DNA of 64,000 nucleotides from an uncultured delta proteobacterium (GTDB lineage Bacteria; Desulfobacterota; Desulfobacteria; Desulfobacterales; Desulfosalsimonadaceae), in NCBI GenBank assembly GCA_963826785.1, contig CAWGYD010000006.1, positions 448,001-512,000 of the forward strand. The letters run 5' to 3'. The translations under genes were made by a program, and so were the position numbers. Of the stretch, positions 49,654 through 60,859 are shown in pieces (the stretch's first letter is position 1; every line of letters starts with the position of its first letter). The notes under the pieces are model-generated. The model saw nothing but the letters and a program-made list of their open reading frames with translations, had not been told where the DNA came from and did no database searches.

Positions 49654-50881
49654 GTGCGCCTAAGTAAAAAATTCCTCCTGAAAAGAAACAAGTCCCCCTT
49701 TGCAAAGGGGGATTCAGGGGGATTTTGCCGCCGTGAAGTTAAGTCCCCCTCGCTCTTTGGAAAAGGGAATACCTGCGGATTAGTGGTCATTGCCGTTTTG
49801 CTCCTGGCCGTAGCGCCCCGGGTCTTTGCCGAATCGGCCGCCGGCCTGGTGGAGAAGGGAAACCAGGCCTATGCCCGAGAGAAGATGGATGATGCGATGA
49901 GCGCCTATGACAAGGCCCTGGAGAAAATGCCGGAATCGGCCCGGATCCTCTATGACAAGGGGTGCGCCCTGTATAAAAAGGGTGATTACACCGGGGCTTC
50001 CGACATGTTTGAAAAAGCCGCCACCGTCAGCGGTGATGATGATAAACTCGATGCCAAAATCCATTTCAATATGGGAAATTCCATGTTCAAGGCCGCCCAG
50101 TCCGAAAAGAGCGATCCCGACGCCGGACTCTCTGCCATTGAAAGAAGCATCTCCCACTATGAAAAAGCAGTGGACCTGGATCCCGGTCTCGATGCGGCCG
50201 CCCAGAATCTTGAAATCGCCCGGATGACCTACAAGCAGCTGGAAGAAATGATCAAGCAGCAACAGGCGCAGGCCCGGCAGCAACAAGAGCGGCAGGAACA
50301 GATGAAAAAGGATTTAAAAGACCTGGCCGACCGGCAGGAGGCGCTTGGCACGGAAAAGCAAGGCAGAACAAAGCAGGGATAGCGGGCGTAAGGAGAAGGA
50401 TGCGGGGCAAAAGCTGGCCGGGGAACAGGATCAGCTGCAGAAGGACACTCAGAAACTAAGTGAGCAGATGGGCTCTGAGAACAAACAGGATCAGCAGGAA
50501 AAGATGCAGTCGGCTCAACAGGAACTTCAAAGTGCCATGGAAAAACAAGCCGGCGCCCAAAAAGACCTGGCACAGTCGCAGTTTGATTCGGCCGGCGAAA
50601 AGCAGAAGGCCGCGGCAGAGGCGCTGAAAAACGCGCTTTCGGAAATGGAAAAAAACTCCAAGGATTCTAAATCCCAAAAAGCTGAAAAAAAACAGGAGCA
50701 GCCATCCAAGCAGGCGCAGAAAGGAGCGGATCAATCCGCTGAAAAACAGGAGCCGCCTCAGCAGCAGGCCGCAGACACGGGGTCGAAGGATCCGGAAAAG
50801 ATCCTGCAGGAGGAGCAGCAGCACCGGCAGGACATCAGGTCCGAAAAAGGCGCCTGGCAGCCGGTGGAAAAGGACTGGTGA
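49654..50881 (+). CDS. batC: BatC-like TPR protein with Q/E/K-rich tail (+1 frameshift near 50347; start uncertain)
   Basis: Hydrophobic signal, TPR repeats (GNQAY, LYDKGCALYKKGDY, FNMGN, AAQNLE), ends PVEKDW. Confidence 0.8.
49690..49768. repeat. REP-like pair (TCCCCCTTTG-AAAGGGGGA type)
   Basis: AAGTCCCCCTTTGCAAAGGGGGATTCAGGGGGATTT, similar to 54778-54815. Confidence 0.7.
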
Positions 50882-52758
50882 TCATGAAACGGATCGCATG
50901 GACGTTCGTCCTGGTCATGATGACCGCATTCCCGCTTTCAGCGGCGGCGGCAAATGACTTTTCCGTTTCCGCGGCCGTGGAAAGCAGTCATGTGTTTGTC
51001 GGCGAATCATTTGTCTTTCAAATTACGGTGGAGGGGGAAGACAGCCCGGATCAGCCCAGGCTGCCCGACATGACCGACTTTTCCGCCCGGTTTGCGGGCG
51101 GCCAGCAGAACAACAGTTCTTCGATTACCATCATCAACGGCAAGATGACCCAGAACGTTCGCCGGGGGTATGTCTTTTCCTGGCAGATGACCCCCAGACG
51201 CGCCGGCAACCTGGAGATTCCATCGGTTGCGGTCACCGCCGGAAGCAGATCCGCCCGGACCCAGCCGGTGCGCATCCAGGCGGCCAAACCCCGGGAAATG
51301 GATGATTTCAAGCTTGCGCTTGCGCTGTCCACCGACACCTGCTACGTGGGCCAGCCGGTCACCCTGAGTGCCATCTGGTATATCGGCGCCGATGTGCAGC
51401 AGTTTCAGTTCAACCTCCCGGTGCTGGACGATCCGCGGTTTGAAGTCGCCGACTGGAACATGCCGGTGGATCCGAACAACAAGGACCGCTACCTCCAGGT
51501 GCCCCTGGGGAACCGCCAGGCCATCGGAATTAAGGAGCAGCGGACCATCAACTCCAAGCCGTACATGGCGGTGCGCATCGACAAGGTGCTGATCCCGAAA
51601 ACGGCCGGAAAAATCACTCTGGATGAGGCCACCGTCTCCTTTACGGCGGTCACCGGGTACCGACAGCCGTCCGGCCGCATGATGGATAATTTTTTCGGAA
51701 ATGATGTCTTTGGCAATTTCCGGCAGCCGGTCACGAAAAAATTCGTGATCCCCTCCAACACCCTGGACTTAAACGTGCGGCCGCTGCCCGATGCGGGCCG
51801 GCCGGACAATTTCAACGGGCTGGTGGGAAACTATTTTATTTCCGCACAGGCCTCCCCCACCCAGGTGAAAGTCGGCGATCCCATTACCCTGACCCTCAAG
51901 GTGACCGGCCCGGATTACCTGGACCCGGTGAAACTGCCGCCGTTGGATCAGCAGACGGATCTGTCCGCCGATTTCCGGATACCGGCGGAAATGGCCCCGG
52001 GGGTGGTGGAAAACGGGGCCAAGGTCTTCACCCAGACCATCCGGGCCGCCCGGGCCGATGTGACGGCCATTCCGGCCATATCGCTGCCCTATTTTGACGC
52101 GGATGCCGGTGAATACCGGGTGGCCGCCACCGCGCCGATCCCACTCGAGGTCAGCGCCACCCGGGTGGTGACCGCCATGGATGCCGAAGGCAATGCCGCG
52201 GCCGAAACGCAGAAGAATGAACTGGAAACCCGGGCCGAGGGGATCGCCTATAACTACGAGGACCTTTCCGTGCTGCAGGATCAGGCGGCCGGGCCGGGCC
52301 ACTGGGTCCGCTCGCCGCTCTGGATCGGTCTGCTGGCGGGATTTCCGGCGCTTTATTTCATCCTGTTCGCTTTTACGGCATTCCGGCGCTCCCGCCTGGC
52401 CGACCCGGAAGGCAACCGGCGGAAAAAAGCATATGCCCGCCTGCTCAAACAGTTAAACGCAATCGACAACCCCGGGGCCAAAACGGATGCGGATGCGGCC
52501 GCCGCCGTGCTGTCCGCCCTGCGGGAATACCTGGCAGCCAAACTCCGCCTTCCCACCGGGGCCCGTACCTGGCGGGAAATGGAGAGCGCCCTTAAGCAAC
52601 ATGGAATAGAGGAGGCGATCGTAGCCGAGGCGAAATCGCTGTTTGATGCCTGCGAAGCCATGGGGTACGGCGGCATTCGCAATACCGATGCGGAAACGGC
52701 CCCGCTGACCCAACGCGCTTCCGCCCTGGCCGGGAAACTGGAACGGAGCCTGTCATGA
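50878..52758 (+). CDS. batD: BatD family protein
   Basis: Signal peptide, SSSITIING, YVGQPV, VRPLP..GRP..F.GLVG, VGDPITL, C-terminal TM. Confidence 0.88.
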   Translation: MIMKRIAWTFVLVMMTAFPLSAAAANDFSVSAAVESSHVFVGESFVFQITVEGEDSPDQPRLPDMTDFSARFAGGQQNNSSSITIINGKMTQNVRRGYVFSWQMTPRRAGNLEIPSVAVTAGSRSARTQPVRIQAAKPREMDDFKLALALSTDTCYVGQPVTLSAIWYIGADVQQFQFNLPVLDDPRFEVADWNMPVDPNNKDRYLQVPLGNRQAIGIKEQRTINSKPYMAVRIDKVLIPKTAGKITLDEATVSFTAVTGYRQPSGRMMDNFFGNDVFGNFRQPVTKKFVIPSNTLDLNVRPLPDAGRPDNFNGLVGNYFISAQASPTQVKVGDPITLTLKVTGPDYLDPVKLPPLDQQTDLSADFRIPAEMAPGVVENGAKVFTQTIRAARADVTAIPAISLPYFDADAGEYRVAATAPIPLEVSATRVVTAMDAEGNAAAETQKNELETRAEGIAYNYEDLSVLQDQAAGPGHWVRSPLWIGLLAGFPALYFILFAFTAFRRSRLADPEGNRRKKAYARLLKQLNAIDNPGAKTDADAAAAVLSALREYLAAKLRLPTGARTWREMESALKQHGIEEAIVAEAKSLFDACEAMGYGGIRNTDAETAPLTQRASALAGKLERSLS

Positions 52759-53582
52759 GACGATTGTCCGTTATTCTTCAGATACTTTTCATTTGCTGCC
52801 TGTGGGCGGCAGGTCCCGCCTGGGCTGCAGATTCAGAGCAGCTGACCCGGGCGGAGGTGCATGACCTGTACAGCCAGGCCAAGTCTTTGTTCCAGCAGGC
52901 AAATGACGCTGCCGCCCAACATCCGGAACAGGCAAAGGCCCTGTATGCCCGGTCGGCCATGTATTTTGAACGCCTGGTCAGTGCCGGCGGCATTCAAAAC
53001 GGAAAACTGTATTACGACATCGGCAATGCGTATTTCCGGATGGGGGATCTGGGCCGGGCGATTTTAAACTACCGGCGGGCGCAAACCTTTATCCCCAATG
53101 ACCCCAACCTGAAGCAGAACCTGGCCTATGCCCGGAGCCAGCGGCCGGATAAGATCGAGGAAACTCAGAAAGCGCAGCTGTTCAAAACACTGCTCTTCTG
53201 GCACTATGATCTTTCGGCCCGGACCCGTTCCCTCATTTTCGGCGTCTGTTATGCCCTGTTCTGGGCAGGCGCTCTGGCGGGGCTGTTCTACAGAAGGGTG
53301 CCCAAAGGGATATCGATGGCCGCCGCCGGGGTGGGGCTTTTATTTCTGGGATCGCTGGGCGCGGAATACATCCAGTCCGTGCGCCATCGTCCCGGGGTGG
53401 TCCTCGCACAGGAAGTCATTGCCCGCAAGGGCGACGGCATGGCTTACCAGCCCAGCTTCAAGGAACCCCTGCACGAGGGAATCGAATTTACCCTCATGGA
53501 AGACCGCGGGGGGTGGTACCGGGTCCGGCTTTCCGACGGCAGGGATTGCTGGATACGCTCTTCCGCAGCAGAACTGATATAG
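52755..53582 (+). CDS. batE: BatE-like TPR/SH3 protein
   Basis: LYYDIGNAYFRMGDLGRAILNYRRA, two TMs, LHEG...WYRVRLSDG..WI. Confidence 0.85.
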   Translation: MRRLSVILQILFICCLWAAGPAWAADSEQLTRAEVHDLYSQAKSLFQQANDAAAQHPEQAKALYARSAMYFERLVSAGGIQNGKLYYDIGNAYFRMGDLGRAILNYRRAQTFIPNDPNLKQNLAYARSQRPDKIEETQKAQLFKTLLFWHYDLSARTRSLIFGVCYALFWAGALAGLFYRRVPKGISMAAAGVGLLFLGSLGAEYIQSVRHRPGVVLAQEVIARKGDGMAYQPSFKEPLHEGIEFTLMEDRGGWYRVRLSDGRDCWIRSSAAELI

Positions 53583-53772
53583 TTTTTCTGTATATGAAAA
53601 GCACATGATTTCAAAATGATAACCAAGGCTCAGCTTCAGGACCGGGTTTTTTGTTCCTCTGGAAAATCAAAGGGTGATACGCGTCACCTTTCACCCATCC
53701 TTTCTTCCTTCAAATGATTTCATCTATTTGATTCGTTGAGCAAGTTTGCGCCCGGATAGGAGAATCTCCCAT

Positions 53773-54753
53773 ATGGAAAAATTGAAACTGGCATTTACAG
53801 GCCTTCTGGCTTTCAGTCTGTTTTGCCTGACAGCGGCGATTTTTTATTTTGCCGGCCAGATTTCCGAATTTAACCGGCAGGTACCGCTGGTCGCAGCGCA
53901 AGTGCAGGCCACCCGCAATGATCTTCCCGGCATCATGGACCGAATCGAAGCGCTTAGGCAGGACCTGCCCGCCATACTTGCCGCCGTCGACACCGCGTCG
54001 GGGGCGGCCAATAATATTTCATCTGAAATCGCCCGGATTCGCCCCGCGGTTCCACAGATCATAGACGCGTCGGAAAAGATCCGGGAAACCGTGGATAAAT
54101 CTTCGGAAGCGATGCTGTCCGCGTCGGCGGCCGTGGAAAACGTCCGGCCCATGATTCCGCAGATCCTTGAAGAATCGAAGCAGATAAGGGGTACTGCGGA
54201 CAAGGCCGCTTCGGCGGTCAATCACTTCTCCAGCGAAATGGGAAAAGTCACACCCATGGTGCCGGATGTACTGGCCGAGCTTCAAAAGACCCGTGAGGCC
54301 ATCCCGGAATACCTGGACCGAACCGATAAACTGGTTCGAAATGCGCAGAAGCTGAGCTCCAAAAAGACCAGCGGGGCGGTGAAAGGATTTGTCAGCGGCG
54401 TCATCGAAACCCCTTTTCTGGTGGCGGGAACGGTTCGGGATTCGGTAAAATCGCTGCTGGGCATGGAAGATAATGCCGGTCTGACCGAAAATGATCTGGA
54501 AAAGGTCAATGCCAGCACCATTGAACTGCTTGAAGCCGAAAAACCGGCGGGAACGGCGCTGAACTGGGAGAATCCGGATACGAAAATCACCGGCAGCGTG
54601 ACCTATGTCAACCCGCTGGAAGTGGGTGGACAGGCATGCAAGAAACTTCGATACGAAATTTATCGAAACGACAAACGGCGCAACACCCGGGAGATTATTT
54701 TCTGTCGGCAGCCCGATGGGTCATGGATGGAGTTGATGGAGAACAATCATTAA
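53773..54753 (+). CDS. Membrane-anchored protein with helical repeats and a C-terminal 17-kDa-surface-antigen-like domain
   Basis: N-terminal TM; about 35-aa repeats; WENPDT..G...C.....FCRQPDGSW. Confidence 0.65.
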   Translation: MEKLKLAFTGLLAFSLFCLTAAIFYFAGQISEFNRQVPLVAAQVQATRNDLPGIMDRIEALRQDLPAILAAVDTASGAANNISSEIARIRPAVPQIIDASEKIRETVDKSSEAMLSASAAVENVRPMIPQILEESKQIRGTADKAASAVNHFSSEMGKVTPMVPDVLAELQKTREAIPEYLDRTDKLVRNAQKLSSKKTSGAVKGFVSGVIETPFLVAGTVRDSVKSLLGMEDNAGLTENDLEKVNASTIELLEAEKPAGTALNWENPDTKITGSVTYVNPLEVGGQACKKLRYEIYRNDKRRNTREIIFCRQPDGSWMELMENNH

Positions 54754-54777
54754 TACTCCAGTCAGAATTCCGGATTC

Positions 54778-54866
54778 AAAGTCCCCCTTTGGAAAAGGGG
54801 GATTTAGGGGGATTTGGCGCCTCCCGGGAGAAATCCCCCCCCGCCCCCCTTTTCAAAAGGGGGGAG
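54778..54866. repeat. Inverted pair of REP-like palindromes
   Basis: TCCCCCTTTGGAAAAGGGGGATTTAGGGGGATTT ... AAATCCCCC...CCCCCCTTTTCAAAAGGGGGGA between convergent genes. Confidence 0.78.
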
Positions 54867-54912
54867 AAAAACGATTACTGGATTTTTCGGGATAACCAGA
54901 ATCGTGAATTTA

Positions 54913-55314
54913 TTACCGGCGGGACACCCATACCCGCTCTTCTTTCCAATAGCCCGGATCGGACTGGACCATGATCCAGTCGCCGGGCACCCAATCGCCG
55001 TACCGGTCGTAATGGGCCGGGTTCCACACCTTTTCACAGGCCGGCTCCACCCATATCCGCCGGACTTCCCAATGTCCGCGATCATGCCGCGGGGAGCAGT
55101 CGGCGCGGTAGTGACTTCTTTCAACCACCCTCACGCGCTCGGGGGGCGATTGGTCCCGGCAATTTTCCAGAATGGCATGTCCGAGAATGGCGGCGCCCAC
55201 GCCGATGGCAACCCCCTGCCAGCGGTAATGCTGTTTATCTCCGGCAAAACCTGGCGTGGCCAGCATTGACAGGAAAAAAACAGCCGATAACATCGATATG
55301 AACAGTTTTTTCAT
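54913..55314 (-). CDS. Exported hypothetical protein (glycine zipper plus WxxGxW-like repeats)
   Basis: Signal peptide, GVAIGVGAAILG, GHWE/WVPGDW/PGYW; AAGGAGG RBS. Confidence 0.75.
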   Translation of the reverse strand: MKKLFISMLSAVFFLSMLATPGFAGDKQHYRWQGVAIGVGAAILGHAILENCRDQSPPERVRVVERSHYRADCSPRHDRGHWEVRRIWVEPACEKVWNPAHYDRYGDWVPGDWIMVQSDPGYWKEERVWVSRR

Positions 55315-55378
55315 GACAACCTCCTTAATTTGTTTCAAAGACGCTGATACGTACGCCACGGAACCCATAGACAGTTTT

Positions 55379-55849
55379 CTACCGGGCATTTTCGGATTCC
55401 GCAAACCGGTTGATCTCCTCATCCACCAGGGTAATGGCCCGGTCCACCACTTCTTTTAAAAGATCGATTTCATCGGGGTCATCTCCGATGGCCTCGGACA
55501 GGGGCAGGTAGGTCCTGCCTCGCTGCGCCTGAATCTGAACCACTTTTTCAGACCCCTTTTCCGACAACTCGATGAGATGCACACGCATATCCTTGCGGTC
55601 TACCGTCATGTCCACCAGTTCCAGATCCAGGCGCAGCCGTTTGACGTCCGCCGACAGGGTGCTCTGCTTCACCCCGGGAAAAAACCGCAGCAGATCACCC
55701 ATGCTCATGGGGCCCTGGGTCTTTAGCAGCTCCAGGATCAGGATCTCCCGGTCCCTGAGATCGCCGGCATCGCTGTCGGCGATCTGGATGGCCCGGTAAA
55801 TTCTCATTTTGATCCCAAGCTGGGCGATGGATGTAAACAGTTCATTCAT
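55379..55849 (-). CDS. MarR family transcriptional regulator
   Basis: QSTLSADVKRL...DRKDMRVHLIELSEKG winged helix. Confidence 0.8.
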   Translation of the reverse strand: MNELFTSIAQLGIKMRIYRAIQIADSDAGDLRDREILILELLKTQGPMSMGDLLRFFPGVKQSTLSADVKRLRLDLELVDMTVDRKDMRVHLIELSEKGSEKVVQIQAQRGRTYLPLSEAIGDDPDEIDLLKEVVDRAITLVDEEINRFAESENAR

Positions 55850-56012
55850 AAAATATCACCTTTTGAATATATTTAAATGCATCGAAATAGTTTTGTCAAG
55901 TAAATTAGTTCAAAAAAATGATATAAATTTATGAAAAAAACCCGTTTTCTGGTTCAAATTTTGGTGCTTTGGTCTCCCCGGGCTGGAAAATCGGACCGGA
56001 AAAGAATCCCCA

Positions 56013-57930
56013 TCACGCCCCGAACAGGCAGAGCCTGATTTTTTCCCATTCCCCGTTTTTCACCCAGGTGTACTTTTGTTTAAAATGGGAGTCGGTCTTA
56101 TAGAACTTTTTGCTGCTGCGGCGTTTCAGGTATTTTGAAAAATCTCCCGGTCCGCCATTGTACATGGCATAGAGGGCATATGCCAGATCATCGGCGGCGA
56201 ACCGATCCCCGGCTTTCAATGCCGCCATTTTGGGCAGGGCATAGCGGGTCAGGTAGGTATCGAGAATTTCCGCCCCCGCGGCCGCATTGTAGGCAATGTC
56301 CCAGCGGAGGCTGGACAGGTTGTAGATGCCGCGCCATACCCGTTCATTGACCTGCATGAGGCCGACGGAACTGTTATTGTAAGAAACTATATAGGTTTGC
56401 TTCCGCTCCTTGACGATAAACTGCCGAAAGCAGCTTTCCTGCCAGGCGGTGGCCATAACCGCACGGGTAAATACCGGCTGGTAGGGTTCGGGAATCCGCC
56501 CGGCCTTCAGCCGTTTTTCGGCCTCCCCGGACAAAACGGATTTGACCCGGACATAATAATTTTCAAAATTTTCTTTCGATACCATCCATTCCTGAATTCC
56601 CTGCGCCCCGGAGGCGGCTTCCGCATCTGTGGCCAGGCAGAAGGAAGGAACGAGCCGCAATCGCCAGCCTTTTTATCCCCATGAAGTTGAAATTCAGCAG
56701 TTCCGGCGCTTCTTCGGGGGCTTCCATGGGGGGCTCCGGTGCCTCCGTGGGCCCGGTTTCCTCAAGAGGGGGGCCCAGCCCCAGCAGCTCTCTTAATTCC
56801 GGGCTGACCCCGGGGGAATACCGCAGGACCATGGATTTGTTTTCGGCCAGCATCCGGGCCAGTCGCACCAGCCCGTCTTTGCTGATTTCGATGGAAAAGG
56901 CCGGGCCGATCCGGTCCAGGGCGGCCAGGGCATCCGAAGCGGTGAAAAAAGCGAGGTACCCCATGATGTTGTCGGACCCGCTGCGGGCCAGGTGGTTTTT
57001 GAGGATCGGCGAAATGGATTGCCATGCATCTACAAACTGCCTGCGCACGAAATCCTTGTGCTGGCCTTCGCTGGCAAGTTCGTCAATAAACCGGTAGCGC
57101 GCGTTCATCAGAACGGTCAGCAGAATATCGCGCTCTTCAGGCATCAGGTCTTTCCCGGCCAAAGACATCAGGGTTTGTACCAGAAAGGCATCCCAGGTTT
57201 CCCATATCTCGATAAAATCGGTGAGTTCCTGGGGGGACAGCGGTTCGGGCGCCGGTTCCGGCTGTCCTGCGGGCACATCCATGTCGGAAACGATCTCGAT
57301 GCGCAACGCCTCGGCAGTGACCGAAATGGCGGATGGATGCAGTGCCGCTATGATTTCCTGTGCCGCCTGCATGTCGGCTTCGCTGACCATGGAAAGCAGC
57401 ACCGGCCGCATTTCAGACACCGGCGGAAATAAGTCGATGGTGATCCGATTGAGCTGTTCGAGCACCGGTCCTTCGAAAATGCGCCAGAGCCGGTCCATTA
57501 CCAGGGCGGTCTGCCCCTTGCTGTTTAACAGTGAGGAATCGATTGGTTCGAAGGACAGCCGCCACCCTTCCTGCTGGAGCCGGGGTTTTTCATGGACCAC
57601 CAAAAAACCATCCCATTCAACCGGAAACAGGCATTGATCGCCCATCATCTGTCCGCCGGTCATGTGAACCTGGAGTTCAAGGCGGAGCAGTCCGTTTTCC
57701 GTCTTAAACTGCGGGTCTGAAAGGGTAATCCACCGGCAGGCGTCCCCCGCATCCGAAAGGGTCAGCCGGCCGCCGGGCTCGGTGAAGGCGGCGGAAATGA
57801 CCAGGGCGCGAAGCATCTGGTGTTCGATCTGCAGGGAAAACGACAGGGGAGCGCTAAATGCAGGTTTTGCCAGCGCCGGGATTCCGGCCATCAGGAGGAT
57901 CACCGGTAAAACAAGGATGCGGTATGCCAT
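56013..57930 (-). CDS. Lytic transglycosylase (SLT) domain protein with long N-terminal region (+1 frameshift near 56660)
   Basis: C-terminal ATAWQESC, GLMQVN, AMYNGGPG; upstream ORF has a signal peptide and overlaps the second frame. Confidence 0.8.
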
Positions 57931-58039
57931 TGCTGTCAGCTGTGGGGAAAAGGTTTTTAGATGCCCCGACCCACGGATAGGTGGAATCGATTACCGGAAA
58001 TTATCAGCAAACCGCAACATTTTCCATATAAATTTTACA

Positions 58040-58741
58040 TCAATTCTGCTGGCCCTGCCATGCCGCACTCATAATCCGGCAGACCTCCTCGTCATCGGTC
58101 TGGGAGAAGTCGGAATACCACTGCCCCACCGCACGGAAATTATCCGGGGTGACCGGGCAGATGATCTCATCTGTCAATGGCCTCAGGCGCTTGAGCGCAT
58201 CCGGGGGGGACACCGGAACGGCGATGATGATCGATTTGGGATTCCGGGACCGCAAAGACTGGATAGCTGCCTCGATGGTGGAACCGGTGGCAATTCCGTC
58301 ATCAATGATGATCACGCAGCGGTTTTCGGCCCCATAGGAGGGCCGGCCACTGCGATATACCGCCTCCCGCCGTGCAAGTTCCGTTTGTTCGGCCCTTCGA
58401 ACCGCCTCAATTTTGTGATCCGGGATTTGCAGCTGCCCGATGAAATCCCTGTTCAGCACTTCGGCACCTCCGGTGGCAATGGCGCCCATGGCCATTTCTT
58501 CGTGGCCGGGAACGCCCAGCTTGCGCACCACCAGCAGATCAAGCGGCGCATCGATGGCCATTGCGACTTCCGCTGCCACGGGAGCGCCACCCCGGGGCAG
58601 CGCCAGCACCAGCACGTCGGCTCTCCCCCGATAGGATTGGAGGGATTCGGCCAGCACCCGTCCCGCATCCCGGCGATTCCGATACGGCAGCTTGACGGCC
58701 GCATCTTGCGCATCAAAAAATATTCTTTCAAAAAGATTCAT
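58040..58741 (-). CDS. Phosphoribosyltransferase (Rv0571c/COG1926-like)
   Basis: NRRDAG, LALPRGG, VRKLGVPGHEE, IDDGIATGST, AVGQWY. Confidence 0.92.
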   Translation of the reverse strand: MNLFERIFFDAQDAAVKLPYRNRRDAGRVLAESLQSYRGRADVLVLALPRGGAPVAAEVAMAIDAPLDLLVVRKLGVPGHEEMAMGAIATGGAEVLNRDFIGQLQIPDHKIEAVRRAEQTELARREAVYRSGRPSYGAENRCVIIIDDGIATGSTIEAAIQSLRSRNPKSIIIAVPVSPPDALKRLRPLTDEIICPVTPDNFRAVGQWYSDFSQTDDEEVCRIMSAAWQGQQN

Positions 58742-59030
58742 GATGTCTCAATCTATTCGGGTTAATTAAATTCGCTTGCCCTTGGAATGTCCAACTCGAC
58801 TTCCATGCCTTTTTCGCGTCTTTTTTTTAGAAAAAGCATAAGCAACTGCTCTGATAAGGAAAATGGGGGATTGTCCTGATTTTGGAGTGGCACGGATGGT
58901 ACTGTCGTGTGGAAAAGTTTGACATATACTTAAAATCGTTGCATTTTTATCTTGTTTGGAAAAGCGGGCAAAAGTATTTCAGGCAAGCGGATCGCCCTTA
59001 AAAAAGCAGGGCCTGCGGCAAGTCGAAAGG

Positions 59031-60812
59031 GTGCAAGTGGAAATCTGGATCATATCGGCCATCCTGGTCATCACCCTTTTTCTGCTGATGACCGAGATCA
59101 TTTCAGTAGACCTGACCGCGCTTGGCATCATCGTCGTTCTGATGGTGACAGGCATACTCACCCCGGTGGAAGGGGTGGCGGGATTTGCACACCCGGCGGT
59201 GATCACGGTGGGATCGCTGTTTCTGATCAGCAAGGGCTTGATACGGACCGGATCGGTGGAGTTCATCGGCCGCCAGGTGATCCGGCTGTCCAAGGGAAAC
59301 TTCAAGCTGGCGCTTGCGGTCGTCATGCTTACGGTGGCCGTCTCTTCGGCGTTTATCAACAATACGCCCATTGTGATTCTGTTTATCCCCGTGGTCATGA
59401 CCATGTGCTGCGAGTTCGGACTGAGCCCCTCGAAATTTCTCATCCCGGTGTCATACGCCTCGGTTCTGGCGGGAACCTGCACCCTCATCGGCACTTCCAC
59501 CAATATCATCGTCAGCGACATGAGCCGGGTGGCCCAGTACGGCACCATCGGAATGTTTGAACTCTCCCGGATCGGCCTTCCCATCGCCGTGATCGGTCTT
59601 GTCTTCATATTTTTTGCGGCCCCGAAATACATGCCGTCTTCCTTAAACCCCATCTGTCAGATCCAGGACGAAGCCCACCGCCGCTATCTGGCTGAACTGC
59701 GGATCCCAAGGGGGAGCAATCTCATTGACCAGGACCCTGCAACGGTGTTTGCCCGGGATTATCCGGGGATGGAGGTTCTGGAACTGATCCGGTATTCACA
59801 TATCTACTTCCCGGATCGGGATCATGAGAAAATTGCTCCCGATGACCTGCTCCTGGTGAAGGGGTCGGTGAACGATCTGGTCAAGGTGATGGACCGGGAA
59901 AAAGTGGAGCTGCCCCAGGCGGAAAAAGGGTTGAGATTCGGCGCCCGCAAAGATGAACCCATGGTGGTGGAGATGATCATTCCCCCCCAATCGGCACTGC
60001 TGGGCCGGAAACTGCTGGATACCCGGATGGTGCGCGACCCGGACATCCACGTGATTGCCATCAAGCGAAGCGGGCTGCATTACACGGAAAAGCAGATCCG
60101 TGATATCCGGGTCCGGATCGGCGACATCGTCCTGGTCTGGTGCAAAAAAAGCAAGCTTGCCGGCATGCGCGCCGACAAAGATTTCATGATTATCGAAGAC
60201 GTGCATGAAGAAATCGTCTTGAAACAGAAATCGCTGGTGGCGCTGATCATCTTTACGGGAATGGTGCTGTGCGCCACGCTGGGCGTGGCCGATATCATGG
60301 TGTGCGCGCTTACGGGGGCGTTTCTGATGATTTTTTCCGGATGCCTGCAGCTGCGGGATGCGTATCGCGCCCTCCAGGCGGATGTCCTGCTGCTGATTGC
60401 CGGAACCATCGCCCTGGGCACGGCCATGGAAAAGACCGGCGCCAGCCGGCTCTATGCGCAAGCTTTTCTGGATCTGCTGTCCGGGATGCCGCCCGGCCTG
60501 ATCCTGGGCGGCATCATCCTGCTGGCCAGCATCAGCACCCAGATCCTGAGCAACAATGCCACCGCCGTGCTGATTTTCCCCATTGCCGTATCCACGGCCA
60601 TCAGTCTGGGGGTGAATCCCAAGCCGTTTATCATCGGGGTCGCCATCGGCGCCAGCGCCTGTTTCGCCACCCCCATCGGCTACCAGACCAATCTGCTGGT
60701 ATACGGCCCCGGCGGCTATCGGTTTGCCGATTATTTAAAACTCGGGATTCCGTTGAATATCATGGTGCTGGTCCTGGGAACGCTGCTGATTCCCGTGATC
60801 TGGCCGTTTTAG
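59031..60812 (+). CDS. SLC13/CitMHS permease with TrkA-C domains
   Basis: SAFINNTP, GTCTLIGTSTN, ILSNNAT, ATPIGYQTNLLV; start approximate. Confidence 0.92.
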   Translation: MQVEIWIISAILVITLFLLMTEIISVDLTALGIIVVLMVTGILTPVEGVAGFAHPAVITVGSLFLISKGLIRTGSVEFIGRQVIRLSKGNFKLALAVVMLTVAVSSAFINNTPIVILFIPVVMTMCCEFGLSPSKFLIPVSYASVLAGTCTLIGTSTNIIVSDMSRVAQYGTIGMFELSRIGLPIAVIGLVFIFFAAPKYMPSSLNPICQIQDEAHRRYLAELRIPRGSNLIDQDPATVFARDYPGMEVLELIRYSHIYFPDRDHEKIAPDDLLLVKGSVNDLVKVMDREKVELPQAEKGLRFGARKDEPMVVEMIIPPQSALLGRKLLDTRMVRDPDIHVIAIKRSGLHYTEKQIRDIRVRIGDIVLVWCKKSKLAGMRADKDFMIIEDVHEEIVLKQKSLVALIIFTGMVLCATLGVADIMVCALTGAFLMIFSGCLQLRDAYRALQADVLLLIAGTIALGTAMEKTGASRLYAQAFLDLLSGMPPGLILGGIILLASISTQILSNNATAVLIFPIAVSTAISLGVNPKPFIIGVAIGASACFATPIGYQTNLLVYGPGGYRFADYLKLGIPLNIMVLVLGTLLIPVIWPF

Positions 60813-60859
60813 GCACAGAAAACAGGGTTAAAAGCGATCGACCCATACGAAAGGTTTAA

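Noticed and set aside
58887..58905. Sigma-54 promoter (TGGCACGG) before the SLC13 gene
   Set aside because: The -12 position reads AC rather than GC.
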